Position numbers and translations under genes: made by a program
In this document: one piece after another, positions 1 to 10,683 of the stretch
Layout of the letters: each line of letters begins with the position of its first letter
Position numbering within the stretch: position 1 is the stretch's first letter
From: an uncultured delta proteobacterium
Lineage (GTDB): Bacteria; Desulfobacterota; Desulfomonilia; Desulfomonilales; Desulfomonilaceae
Assembly: GCA_963789265.1 (NCBI GenBank)
Contig: CAWBKB010000006.1
Span: 192,001-256,000, forward strand
DNA: 64,000 nt
Direction: 5' to 3'
The notes under the pieces: model-generated
The model's input: the letters and a program-made list of their open reading frames with translations, nothing else
The model's database searches: none
Told to the model about the DNA's origin: nothing

Positions 1-168
1 CTCGGCGTCTCTTACGCCATCTGGTCCGGTGTTGGTGTAGCGCTCGTTTCTTTGGCCGGTTGGGTACTCTATCATCAGTCGCTTGACGTAGCCGCGCTGG
101 TCGGTATCGGTCTCATCGTCGTGGGCGTAGCCGTTCTGAACATCTTTTCGAACGCGGTACCTCATTGA
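1..168 (+). CDS. SMR family (EmrE/QacE-like) small multidrug transporter, 3' part only
   Basis: Manual frame-1 translation LGVSYAIWSGVGVALVSLAGWVLYHQSLDVAALVGIGLIVVGVAVLNIFSNAVPH* contains the SMR YAIWSGVG motif; the gene begins before the window. Confidence 0.9.
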   Translation, partial: LGVSYAIWSGVGVALVSLAGWVLYHQSLDVAALVGIGLIVVGVAVLNIFSNAVPH

Positions 169-240
169 GCGGCAAGCCTGCCCTCCCTGTGATCTCATAC
201 CAATTCGCCGTCAAACAAATGACAATCTCGGCGAGGATAT

Positions 241-349
241 AGTGGGGCAGGCATCCTGCCTGCCATTCGTCACCCCGGACTTCGATCCGGGGTCCAGTCT
301 GGATGCCCGCGTGCGCGGGCATGACGACAGGCAAGATGCCTGTCCCACT
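241..349. repeat. Nested REP-like palindromic element (GTGG-ended outer hairpin with inner hairpins)
   Basis: agtggggcaggcatcctgcctg...caggcaagatgcctgtcccact arms; the same arm sequence recurs at 4015-4072, 25783-25842 and 32002-32061. Confidence 0.7.
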
Positions 350-482
350 AAAAATACAGTGTAACTTGTTTGAAAGCGAATCGGTGTCAGACACATTAAT
401 CTGTCGGAGCCTGAACGGCCAGGAAATAGTACCGATCGACTCAATCCACCATCAGGTCAAGCCGCGTGAGTCGTATTAGTTT

Positions 483-1187
483 TCAGCCGATTCTGGTGAG
501 CTGCGCTATGTAAGCGTATCTGCGGTACAGCGGTTTGACGGCCAGCCTGACCAGGCCAAACATTTCAAGCTCTCGGAAATACACCAATACCTCCGGCCGC
601 GGATGGACGTGAAAAAGGCCCAACCATCGTTTGAGACCGCCGGCAAACCATTTGGGGAGATCCCGCTGGTCCCAAAAATCCACAACCCACAGTGAGCGGC
701 CGATTTTAAGGTTAAGCAGGCCTCTGTCCAATGCGGATCTCCATTGCGGAATCATGGAAAGAGAATACGAAAAGAACACCGTGTCAAAGGGTTCCTCACT
801 GCCGAATACGGTCAGAGGGGAGAACTCTTCCGCCAAGCAGTATTCCAACCGGACCTGTTGCTGGATTCCGGCGCGGGTTACATTACTGCGTGCGCTCTTC
901 AGCATTTCGCTGGACGCATCAATGCCGAAAAGGTGAGTAGCGGGAAATCTACGGGCAAGGTATATGAGATTACGAGCAGTTCCGCAGCCGATTTCCAATA
1001 CTCGGTGACCATCTTTGACTTCCATCCTTTCGATCAACGCGTCCCTCCCGAGCAGGAAATACCGGCGACTCAGGTCGTATATGTGACGTTGATTGCGATA
1101 AACCCTATCCATGAGGTCGCCGTGGCCGTTCTCTGCAGCTTCCTTCGGCAAGGATGGGGACATGCGTATGGATTGTAATCGTGACAT
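483..1187 (-). CDS. btaB: SAM-dependent methyltransferase of betaine lipid (DGTS) synthesis
   Basis: MDRVYRNQRHIYDLSRRYFLLGRD N-terminus, VLEIGCGTARNL SAM motif, FSYSLSMIP and VVDF motifs; overlaps the btaA stop by 1 nt. Confidence 0.88.
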   Translation of the reverse strand: MSRLQSIRMSPSLPKEAAENGHGDLMDRVYRNQRHIYDLSRRYFLLGRDALIERMEVKDGHRVLEIGCGTARNLIYLARRFPATHLFGIDASSEMLKSARSNVTRAGIQQQVRLEYCLAEEFSPLTVFGSEEPFDTVFFSYSLSMIPQWRSALDRGLLNLKIGRSLWVVDFWDQRDLPKWFAGGLKRWLGLFHVHPRPEVLVYFRELEMFGLVRLAVKPLYRRYAYIAQLTRIG

Positions 1188-2419
1188 CAGTCCCTCATTT
1201 CGTACACGTGCAGGCCGCCGTAGATCGCCGATCGGTCCAGTCGAAACAGGTCAGATGAAAGCTTCTCCTTGTACTCGAAACATGCACGAAGTTCGGGTCT
1301 CAGAGTCCTTTCGACTACCGGCTCTGTACCTCCCGTGCGGAACATTATTCGGGAACCCGGCTGCCCGACACGGGCCACTTCGGTCCAGAGATCATTGATC
1401 TGATCGGCAGTCATCCAATCCTGGGCGTCGAGAAACACAAATCTGTTTAAGCTGCAATCCTGTTGCGTTCGTAGGAAGGCGGTCAGGGAGGAAAAATAGG
1501 TTCGAATCCGGTGGATATTAGATCTTAACACGAGAAAATAGTCTGCTTTTAAATAATCCGGTATGGCCCGCCGTTTGACAGTGTCATAGCATCGACCGAA
1601 GGCCTGCCATGCGAAATAGTTGTCCTCCAACGGGAACTCGCACAGTAGGCGCTTAATTCGAGCCTGATAGACGCTCAATAGATCGCGGCCCTCTTCAATC
1701 TTAATACGCTCGAGCTGTGCCGGCGGCACCCCAAGAGCGTGTAAAAAGAACGGCAATTTGGCAAGCATCTTTATCGGGAGACTATTGAGCACCGGCTCGC
1801 AATATTGCCGGTAAACTATTTCACGTTCTTCACGAGTGCCCACGGTCAGGAACTCACGGGTATTCACTTTCTTCATCCCGGCCAAGCCGTGGATAAAGCG
1901 AATAAACATTCCCATGGTACCAAAATTATAAAGGTTTTTCGCAAAATAGTCGATCCGGGGACCCAGGAACATTCGGCGAAGCCAGGAACCGCCTTCCCAA
2001 AACTGGCGAGTCTGGTCGTCCAGCCGGTCTCTCAGGTAGCGCACATAGTTGACTATATTCAACTCATCATTCGCGCAACCGAAGAACCGAAACAGATCCT
2101 CATGAGTCGGGAGATAGGTCACCGCGGCCAGTTTCAGCCGAGTAAGAGCGAGATGGCACGCATTTACGTCGACCGCGACAATCGATTGCGGCTGGACCGT
2201 CAGATAATTAAGTATGTTACAGCCCCCGCTGGAGATCATGAGGAGTCGGCTGTCCTGATCCAGCCGAAGCCCCTGGATGTCCACGCGCGGGTCCTCCCAG
2301 ATCTGGTTGTACACCAATCTATCAAACCAGAATGCAAAAAGGCGCTCGAGAGCCCCTTGCAATCTCCAGGGCTTCTTCTGAACCATGATATCGGCGAGTT
2401 CATCGCGAGTAGTTTTCAC
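1187..2419 (-). CDS. btaA: SAM:diacylglycerol 3-amino-3-carboxypropyl transferase (DUF3419)
   Basis: LVYNQIWEDPRVD, ISSGGCN, NYFAWQAFGR, FLDAQDWM and DRSAIYGG motifs typical of BtaA; adjacent to btaB. Confidence 0.92.
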   Translation of the reverse strand: MKTTRDELADIMVQKKPWRLQGALERLFAFWFDRLVYNQIWEDPRVDIQGLRLDQDSRLLMISSGGCNILNYLTVQPQSIVAVDVNACHLALTRLKLAAVTYLPTHEDLFRFFGCANDELNIVNYVRYLRDRLDDQTRQFWEGGSWLRRMFLGPRIDYFAKNLYNFGTMGMFIRFIHGLAGMKKVNTREFLTVGTREEREIVYRQYCEPVLNSLPIKMLAKLPFFLHALGVPPAQLERIKIEEGRDLLSVYQARIKRLLCEFPLEDNYFAWQAFGRCYDTVKRRAIPDYLKADYFLVLRSNIHRIRTYFSSLTAFLRTQQDCSLNRFVFLDAQDWMTADQINDLWTEVARVGQPGSRIMFRTGGTEPVVERTLRPELRACFEYKEKLSSDLFRLDRSAIYGGLHVYEMRD

Positions 2420-2756
2420 GTTGGTTTACACACCCCATACTAAAACACTAGTAGGACCGGCATCTTGCCGGTTGCTATCAATACATCTCATGGGAAGTGG
2501 GACCGTCCCGCGTTCCGCGGGATTGCCGGTCCTGACGTTTTCATGCTGAGTTGTAGCTCCCCGGCTACGGGAGTTTGTATTACTCACAAGCCGTCGATGA
2601 GGGCCTCCAAAAGTGTTATATACGGATCGTTAAAATTGAGTTAATGTTTCGGCAGAAATTGTTTAAAAAAATCGAAACCGTTCACTTGGCAAAGAAACTT
2701 GATTGACATCGCGGGTTGCGATTGTGGGGCGGACTTTCCAGTCCGCCATGTTTTTC

Positions 2757-2881
2757 TCGTTCCCTGGCTCTGCCTGGGAATGCCTAGCGCGAGGCTCTGC
2801 CTCGACTATGATAATGAAATAAAGGCAGTTTGCGGGCAGAGCCCGCGAGATATAGGTTCCCAGGCGGAGCCTGGGAACCAG
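2757..2881. repeat. REP-like inverted repeat element
   Basis: cgttccctggctctgcctgggaa ... ttcccaggcggagcctgggaacc arms with an internal hairpin. Confidence 0.65.
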
Positions 2882-3018
2882 AACTGTAGCGACTTTCGTA
2901 GCACGATCTCGACCAGTCTGCATTTTTGAGACAGTTTCTTCCAGTCCGCCATATTCACTTCATGATCTCGTCCAGGTCCTCCACACAATAATTGTCCGAT
3001 GAGAATTCGCCTCCCCGC

Positions 3019-3743
3019 TCATCTCCCCGCAAGAAACGGAAGAATCATGATACTTACAAAATCCTGTAGGAAATGCATGGTAATCGGCGCGACAAGGCTT
3101 TTGCGCCATACGTAAACGAAACCGAAGACCAGCCCCAGCGCGCTCACGGTAACCACACCGGCCACACCCTCGTAACCATGCCCAAGGGAAAAGATGAACG
3201 CGGAAAGCAGGACGCTCCAGAAACGTACTTCCGAAAATGTTCTTGAGCCGCAGTATCAAATATCCCCGGAAAATGCTCTCTTCGGTCAAAGCAACGGTGG
3301 TAACCAGGACTAAGGCTGCCACCATCTGCAAAGTTTGTGTACTCGGCTTGAGCAACTGCAGCGTCGTATGTGGAGCGGAGAGGCCCATCGTTATTAAGAT
3401 TTTCGCAAGAATATCAGCTCCGATGAACGTTGGGACGAAGAGGTACAACCCCTAAAAGGATGTCTCTCCAGATATTCCGCAACGTCCAGCCGATGCGGAG
3501 AACAGACTCCTTGTTACGCCACAAGAAGTAAAGAACCAGAGTGAGCAAAGAAAGATCACGCATCGTTGTGGCAACTGCCGCCATCATGAAGCTGACATTT
3601 CTCAGGCCGATCAAGAAGAAAGACTGAAACATAGACGGCCCGATCAAAAATAGAAAGACCCCAACCTCTATGAGCTGCTCACGCCTGTCGAATTGCGCTC
3701 CGTCGGTGTTTCCGGATCTAGTGTCCGCCGAATCTGTTTGCAT
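3019..3743 (-). CDS. CPBP (Abi/CAAX) family intramembrane metalloprotease, two apparent +1 frameshifts
   Basis: EESIFRGY, FSLGHGYEG and HFLQD motifs are spread over three frames. Removing one base at ~3442 and one at ~3222 (both beside GTAC) gives one ORF. Confidence 0.82.
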
Positions 3744-3969
3744 CTAGCCGCCGCCCGTAGACATTGGTGATTATGTCTCCATCTTGCCTTCTTGGAGTGC
3801 TCCAGGAACGGATATGGGAATTTCAAGGCACCTCCGACCCCAAAGAGCCGATTGTGGCTATGGGCAAGACCCAAGAGAGGCAAAACCTTCGTCATGTTTA
3901 ATAAGAAGCATCTCTTGCATATCGCTTCACGCCGATCCCGGTCAAGGGTAATCTATGAAAATGAGTGAT

Positions 3970-4160
3970 CCCTCAGTCACGTGCGATAAAAGATTGTCCT
4001 TGCGAGGAGCAAATAGTGGGACAGGCATCCTGCCTGTCTATTATGGACGACGGGCAGGATGCCCGTCCCACTGGCAATCTAAGCGGCGTTCAAGGAAAAA
4101 GATTGGTTCGCTTCGCTCGCAATGACAAGGGACAAAAGCTGCCCTGCATAAGTAAATGGT
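3970..4160. repeat. MITE-like palindromic element family A, long (nested) variant
   Basis: gattgtccttgcgaggagc...tcgcaatgac core with a ~60-bp GTGG hairpin inside; related copies at 11410, 25700, 31921 and 41718. Confidence 0.75.
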
Positions 4161-4473
4161 TACCCCTTTTTCCCTTTTTTAATGTCCTCTGCTTGAAAGG
4201 GGTGGTAAACTGCAAGCCTATCACACGGACATGACCGCACAGCTTCTTTGCTAGGGGGACGGGCTTTACCGCTGCAACGGAAGTCCGCGGAGTCGTGTTC
4301 AGACTCACCTGTTCTTGGCTGGGGGAGGAATGCGAACATTCTTCTGTCACATTTCATTCCGTCTTCCTACAAAGACATCATGAGGCCGAGGTTTAACCAC
4401 GGAAGCGGGGACAACATCCCGAATGAAGAATTAACCACAGAGGCACAGAGGACACGGAGAAACCCGTCAGATG

Positions 4474-4609
4474 GTAGGGCGCGGGTTTCAAACCCGCCCC
4501 TACATGCCGTCATGCCCCCATACGGGGGAACCAATTGTAGGGGCAGACCAATATGTCTGCCTTGGGCGGACACGCGGGGCCGCCCTGGGCGAATGCCATA
4601 CGCCCCTAC
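4474..4609. repeat. Cluster of GTAG-type REP hairpins
   Basis: gtagggcgcgggtttcaaacccgcccctac followed by gtaggggcagacc...cgcccctac; the family recurs at 23468, 39064, 48433 and 52260. Confidence 0.75.
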
Positions 4610-4781
4610 AACGTCCCGCTAATAAACGGACTTCGTTTTCGGCAACTTCTCCACATATCGTCCCTTGCCGAAACCCCGGAATTGATTTCGCCGACCCGCT
4701 TGGGTAACATGTCCTCGACAATCAAAGAAATTCGAAAGCTTTTCACACCGACCGAAACCTCGTTCCCAAGGGGTCACATCC

Positions 4782-6727
4782 ATGAAAATGCGAAATAACG
4801 ATCGAAAGCGTCCGGAAAAGCCGGCTATGGAACAAAGCAGCATGCTGATCAATCACGTGAAGTCGTCCCGAGCCCTTACATTGGGGGAGATTCCGTACCT
4901 CAGAGAGGGGAAAACATTCTATAAGAAACTTGTCGAACTCTCACCGGTGGGGATCTGTGTGGTAATTGAGGGCCGCCTGTGTTTCGGTAACCAAGCCATG
5001 GCGAGGACTCTGGGATTCACAGATCCTGAGGAGTTTATGGGTATGGATGTCTTACGTTTTGTACCTCAGCATTGTCGCAAGGCGATTGAGGCGCTTCTCA
5101 CTCACGACGCGGAAAAGGCCGGTTCGCACAACATCACTGAATTGGAGATGACCCGAAACGATGGCGCCACCATAGTAGCCGAGGTTATCAGTGCGCCGCT
5201 TTCCTATTATGGGTTCGAGGCCACTGAATTGATGGTAAGGGACATTTCCGATCTCAAGCGAACCGAGGCCCGTCGAGCGGAACTGGAACGTCTTGTGGGA
5301 GAGAGGACAGCCGAATTGGCTGCCAGAAACGAGCAGCTAATGTTGGAAATAGAAGAGCACAATAATGCCCGTCGAGCACTTCAGGAGGCTGAAGAACGAT
5401 TTAGGGTGATGGTGCATGCAGCTCCTGACCTTATTTTCACTAAAGATCACAAGCTTAGATATACCATGGTCAACCCTGCCACGGAAAAGCTCCACGGGCG
5501 CAAGGCATCTGAAATTGTAGGTCTTCGGGATGAAGAATTGCTCAGTCCGGAGGCGGCAAAACGAGTGAAGGCAACGGATCTCCGCGTACTCGGTGGGGAG
5601 ACCGTAGAAAATGAATACACGACCTCCATTAGAGGGGTTCCCTTCACTTTGCACGGTATCAGAGCCCCTTTGAAAGATGCTGACGGCAATATTTACGGTC
5701 TTTGCGGTATCCTTCGTAATACCACCGAACGAAAGTTCGTATCCGCTTCTCCGAAAGCGCCCGCAAGCATGGACTACCAGTCTCCGGCCATGAACTCCAT
5801 GCTGACCGAGGCCAAAATAGCCGCTGCATCCGACAGCACCGTTCTGCTGTTGGGAGAGAGCGGCAGCGGGAAAGACCACTTGGCCCGCTGGATCCACGAT
5901 CATTCGAAGAGGGCCAGTGGACCCTATTTCTCCATCAACTGCGCAGCCATAGCCAAGGAACTTGCAGAGTCGGAGCTTTTCGGCCACGAAGCCGGCGCAT
6001 TTACCGGTGCCCGGGGAGCGAGAAAGGGGCTGCTTCAGTTGGCTGAAGGCGGAACACTCTTGCTCAACGAGATCGGTGAGCTTCCCATATCGTTACAGGC
6101 CAAACTTCTCACATTTCTCGACACCAAGACGTTTCTCCGAGTGGGCGGCGAGCAGCACGTACGCGTCGATGCCCGAATTATAGCGGCTACACATAGAAAT
6201 CTCCTTGAGGAGATCGAAAAAGGACACTTTCTGTCGGCCTTGTACCATCGTTTGAACGTGTTAACAATAGAGGTTCCGCCCCTGAGAGAGAGAAAGGAAG
6301 ACATCCAATTGCTTGTTAAAAGCATACTGGCCGATCTTGCCGCTGAACTCCAGTTAGCTGAACCGCCGCAAGTAGATCCGGCTGGCATCGCGGAATCGGT
6401 ACCGGCACGATTGGCCGGGAAATGTGCGTGAACTTCGCAACGGTACTTGAACGGGCATTGATGCTCCGGGACGGCGGGTCGTTTAAAGTCAGCCTTTCCA
6501 AACCGAGACCGCGATATCAGGAGTGGATCTACAAGGCGACTTTCCCCTCCGGCCGTTCCCTTCATCACCTAACGGATGAATTGCGATATTGCGTTTGTGC
6601 GGAAGCCGTTCGTCGATCACGCGGGAGCAAGCACGATGCGGCGCGGCTTTTGAAGATATCACGTGGCGCGTTATATCGGTACATGAAGCGTTGGAAGGCT
6701 TCGCGCGAAATTGGAACATCAGATTAA
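4782..6727 (+). CDS. PAS-PAS sigma54-dependent enhancer-binding protein (AAA+ and Fis-type HTH), apparent +1 frameshift at ~6402
   Basis: Two PAS-like segments, Walker A GESGSGKD and GAFTGA loop. Removing one C after GTAC(6399) restores HDWPGNVRELRNVLERA and the HTH AARLLKISRGALYRYMK. Confidence 0.92.
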
Positions 6728-6813
6728 GTCGTCGCGCGAAATTGGAACAGAGCGCCTGTGGATAACCCCTTGATACTTTGAAATTTAACAGATCATGTTC
6801 CGATTTCGCGCGA
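6701..6813. promoter_or_regulatory. Putative enhancer (UAS) of the sigma54 activator: three 18-bp copies
   Basis: TCGCGCGAAATTGGAACA at 6701-6718 and 6732-6749, plus an inverted copy with one mismatch at 6796-6813, 110-220 bp upstream of the sigma54 promoter. Confidence 0.7.
6763..6775 (-). promoter_or_regulatory. Putative IHF binding site
   Basis: TAACCCCTTGATA is an exact reverse-complement match to WATCAANNNNTTR, within a sigma54 enhancer region. Confidence 0.55.
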
Positions 6814-6919
6814 ACAAGCGCCCCCACGACACGCGCATCCAACAACTCGCTGCTACAACCCAAATCTGTAACTTCTCATTATTGTGATAGATTCTTTACA
6901 AATTCACTAAGGTCATTTC

Positions 6920-6936
6920 TTGGCACGGAAAATGCT
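6920..6936 (+). promoter_or_regulatory. sigma54 (-24/-12) promoter
   Basis: TTGGCACGGAAAATGCT: GG(6922-23)-N10-GC(6934-35), directly downstream of an EBP gene. Confidence 0.85.
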
Positions 6937-7062
6937 CTAAAATGCCAATGTTGGAAGCCGGAAGGTCGCCACCGTCGTGACTTCCGACGTTAGGGTATCT
7001 GTCCTGCTGTCTTACAGGAGATGCAGTCGATCCGTTCAACAGCCAAACGTCCGGAGTGTCAA

Positions 7063-8037
7063 ATGGGAGTATTTGTCAAGACCTTCATGGAAATGACAAG
7101 GAAAGACCTTCAAATGGCGGGCGGTAAGGCGGCCAATCTTGGCGAGCTTACTCAGGCCGGGTTCGACGTGCCGCCCGGATTTTGCATTCTTAGCAAATCT
7201 TTAGACCATCACATCGAGTGCAACTCTTTAGACACCCGCATAAGTTCCATTGTAACCAAGTTCGATTATGAAGACTTCGCCCTGATGGAAGACAAGACGG
7301 CAGAGATACGCTCACTGATTGCGTCGGCCCCAATTCCCGATGACCTGAGTTCGGAACTCGTCGCTTCGATCGGAGAATTGGTCGGCCTCGACAACCCCTT
7401 TGTCGCAGTACGGTCATCGGTCGCGGTCAAAGACAGTGACATCTCTTCCTTTCCCGGCATGATGGACACCTTTCATTACGTGAAGGGGCACGCGGATATC
7501 ATCGAGCACGTGAAAATGTGTTGGGCTTCGCTATGGACGCTACGGGCCACGTTCAATCGAATGCACAAAGGCATAGATCACAAACTGGGCCTAATTGCGC
7601 CCATCATTCAGCGCATGGTTAATCCGGAAGCCGCGGGTATCTTGTTCACTGCCAACCCGATCACAGGCAATCGGGACGAGATGGTCATTGAATCGAACTG
7701 GGGGCTCGGAGAATCAGTGGTCTCAGGAAAGTCCATGAATGATTTCTTCCTGATCGACAAGTCCGACTTCACGATGAAAACCAAACAGATAGCCAAGAAG
7801 ACCCTCATGGTCTGTTTCGACAATGAAAAAGGGTGCGGACGCAAAGAACAAATGGTTTCGCCGGAGATGACAGGTGTTCCTACCATCCTGGACGATCAGG
7901 TGCGGCATTTGGCCGAGCTTGGTGTCAAAATCGAGGCATTGTTCGGGTTTCCCCAAGACATTGAATGGAGCTTCGAGAAAGAACAACTATTCGTGTTGCA
8001 AAGCAGAAACATAAGAACCTTGAAGCCTCGGGCGTGA
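7063..8037 (+). CDS. Stand-alone PEP-synthase/PPDK nucleotide-binding (ATP-grasp) subunit, phenylphosphate synthase beta-like
   Basis: GGKAANLGEL, AVRSS, WGLGESVVSG, PQDIEW and LQSR motifs; no His-carrier or pyruvate-binding domain. Alternative start 7021. Confidence 0.88.
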   Translation: MGVFVKTFMEMTRKDLQMAGGKAANLGELTQAGFDVPPGFCILSKSLDHHIECNSLDTRISSIVTKFDYEDFALMEDKTAEIRSLIASAPIPDDLSSELVASIGELVGLDNPFVAVRSSVAVKDSDISSFPGMMDTFHYVKGHADIIEHVKMCWASLWTLRATFNRMHKGIDHKLGLIAPIIQRMVNPEAAGILFTANPITGNRDEMVIESNWGLGESVVSGKSMNDFFLIDKSDFTMKTKQIAKKTLMVCFDNEKGCGRKEQMVSPEMTGVPTILDDQVRHLAELGVKIEALFGFPQDIEWSFEKEQLFVLQSRNIRTLKPRA

Positions 8038-8148
8038 AACAAGCTCATGCGTAATTTGGTTTGCAAAGAGTCTCTATTTTATCTCAAGGTTCACAACACA
8101 AATTTCGACCTGAAACCAAAAGGACACAAAACCTAGGAGGATTGCCAG

Positions 8149-9177
8149 ATGGGACAGAGAACCGTTGATGCGCACAATCACTTTTATCCCAAGGAATATC
8201 TTGATTATCTCGTCAGTAGGGGGTCCACTGAAACTCCTCATGCCAGGCATGACGGCGGTACCCATTATCGATGCTATTACAAGAACGTGGCTGTAGCTCA
8301 CATCGACCGCGCCGGGCATTTTGACCTGACGGAGAGAGTGAAAGATCTTGATGCCGGAGGACTTGATACTCAGCTTCTGAGCGTCACTATTCCCGGGCCT
8401 GAAACCCTGGAAAGGGACAAGGGCATATATTGGGCCATGAGATGCAATGACGCTTTGAAGAAAGCGATGGACGACTATCCCGGCCGTTTCTATTTCTTGG
8501 CGAGCCTGCCGTACCAGGATCCCGACGCCGCGTGCAAAGAGCTTGAACGATGCTACAAGATGGGTTGTAAGGGCATCCAAATGTTTTCGAATTTCAACGG
8601 GGAGCCCATTTTTCTGGAGAAGTATCACGGTATCTACGAATTGGCCAACAAGTGGGAACTTCCGATCCTCCTGCATCCGGCAGTGCCGATGACTGCCGAC
8701 GTGATGGATAAAGTTAAGGTACCTTACCAACTCTGGGGCTACACTCTCGACACAAGCTTGGCGGTGGTCAGTCTCATTTTTCAAGGCGTCATGGACAAGT
8801 ATCCGAATTTGAAATTAGTTCACGGGCACCTTGGTGGAATGATTCCCTATTTTGTGCGCAGGTTGCAGGATTCTTACAAAGGCTACGGCAAGGAATGGGG
8901 CATTGAGCTGAAGGAATCCCCGGACATAACTTACAAGACCAAGGTCTATCCGGATACTACCTCTTTCTATTTACCCGCAATGAAATGCTGCCTTGAGTGG
9001 ATAGGTGCAAGCCAAATGTGCGTAGGCACCGATTATGCTCACAGGGTCGGAGATCCGGAAGGCGCTATCAAGGCGGTAAAGGATCTTGGCGTTCAAGCGG
9101 GCCTCAGTCCGGAAGAGATCGACATGATTCTCGGCAAGAACCTGGAGAAGCTGTTCAAACTGCCGCCCATGCCTTAG
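8149..9177 (+). CDS. Amidohydrolase-2 family protein (ACMSD-like decarboxylase/hydratase fold)
   Basis: DAHNH metal motif, LLHP, HGHLGGMIPY and GTDYAH motifs; AGGAGG RBS. Confidence 0.85.
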   Translation: MGQRTVDAHNHFYPKEYLDYLVSRGSTETPHARHDGGTHYRCYYKNVAVAHIDRAGHFDLTERVKDLDAGGLDTQLLSVTIPGPETLERDKGIYWAMRCNDALKKAMDDYPGRFYFLASLPYQDPDAACKELERCYKMGCKGIQMFSNFNGEPIFLEKYHGIYELANKWELPILLHPAVPMTADVMDKVKVPYQLWGYTLDTSLAVVSLIFQGVMDKYPNLKLVHGHLGGMIPYFVRRLQDSYKGYGKEWGIELKESPDITYKTKVYPDTTSFYLPAMKCCLEWIGASQMCVGTDYAHRVGDPEGAIKAVKDLGVQAGLSPEEIDMILGKNLEKLFKLPPMP

Positions 9178-9493
9178 AAGACGATGGAGGTACAAAAAAC
9201 GTAAGCAGTTTTTTACCTCCTTCGATGGCAATCGTTCACCCGCAAAGAAAGATTCACCGCGGAGTGCGCCGAGATCGCAGAGGAAAGAATGGCTTAAACG
9301 GGCACCAAACACGTGTCCGGACCCATAGGCGTTAACTTAAGGCAATTTCGTTCCTTTTCAGGAGGTCCATGCAGGCCGAGGGCTATCAAAGTCCCCCTTT
9401 TGTAAAGGGGGATTTAGGGGGATTTTCAAGCAGTTATCCCAAAATCTCGTAGCCCCAGAGGCGTTAAAATAAGGCAACCCGTGCTACCTTATG

Positions 9494-9690
9494 AGCCCCA
9501 TAGGGGCGTCGAGATAGTAGCCCGGCAATTCATTGCCGGGTAGGCCGATAAACAGTGATTCAATCTTCGTCCCCGAGGGGCGCCCGAAGGATGCATCCTT
9601 CGGGCGCCCCTCGGGGACGAAGAAGGACCTCTTGGCGGTTCATCCCCGGCGATAAATCGCCGGGCTATTATCAGGATGTCCCTCCGGGAT
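9494..9690. repeat. Palindromic MITE/REP-like element
   Basis: tagcccggcaattcattgccggg ... ccccggcgataaatcgccgggcta arms around a central cgtccccgaggggcgcccgaaggatgcatccttcgggcgcccctcggggacg palindrome. Confidence 0.65.
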
Positions 9691-9945
9691 GAAGAGGACT
9701 TGAAGCTCATTTTAACGCTTATGGGGTCCGGACCCTCAGTCCGCCAGTGCAAATATTGCATTGTGATAGACTGGAGTCCCCCAAGGCTCGACATAAGCAA
9801 CCAACAGAGAAAATCACCTTCTCTGCGATCTCCACGGTGACCATTACCTCCGATGTTTAACGACCGTACGCCACTATCGCCGATCAGGAGCCTGGGATAA
9901 ATGCACGTGAATCGAGAGCCCCATGGGGAAACAGAGGTCCGGACC

Positions 9946-10678
9946 ATGGAGGTAAAGTGGTGCGGGTTTGACTACGGGCAATGCATTATGGAACCGGGTG
10001 GCTTGAGAAATCCGCTTGTTTTTGGGGACATTTACAAGGCATTGGGGCAGCCGGAACTTATCTCGGACAAGATTCGGAAGTATCGCATACTAAAAGAGAA
10101 GTACGGGTACGTACAGCGTCATTAAAGAAGGGCATCGAGGCGAGATCTACAGTTATGTCCTGGACAACGATCCGGAGGCCATCGAACTCTTCGGTCGAAA
10201 AGAACAGGAGCTGCTTCTCATAGGAGAAGGTTTGGAGCAAGCCCTCGCTTATCTTCAGCAGGCCGGCATTGAAGTGCAAGTTGTTTCGGAAATGAAGAAA
10301 ACTCTGGGACCGGTGGGGGCCGATGCTGTGTCTCGGTTCTTGAAAAGCAGGGGCCTGGTCAAGTATTTCAGAGAACTCGTCACGCCTCAGGGCAAGATCG
10401 ATTTGGAAACTGACTCCCTCGATCCCAAGTATGTAGGCTGCACAAAGCAAGAGGGGACACTCTATGAGGTTCTCGCCCGGGAACTCTCAAAACGGGGAAT
10501 TGAGCCTCACGAAGCTGTGATGGTGGGCGACAAACCTGAGACGGACATAAATCCCGCTCACGACCGGGGATTCAAAACAATACAATATAAAGGATTCATA
10601 GACCTGGGGGAATCAAAAGCGGACCTGGTCATCAATTCCTTTGAAGAGCTGACATCCATCCTGAAAAGGAAGGACTGA
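9946..10678 (+). CDS. HAD-superfamily hydrolase (putative phosphatase), apparent +1 frameshift at ~10106
   Basis: N-terminal WCGFDYGQC (motif I-like) and C-terminal MVGDKPETDINPA (motif IV). Removing one G before GTAC(10107) joins both parts. Confidence 0.78.
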
Positions 10679-10683
10679 GCATC

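Noticed and set aside
4090..4800. Several short overlapping ORFs upstream of the sigma54 activator
   Set aside because: They run through REP/MITE palindromes and show no recognisable domain or consistent RBS.
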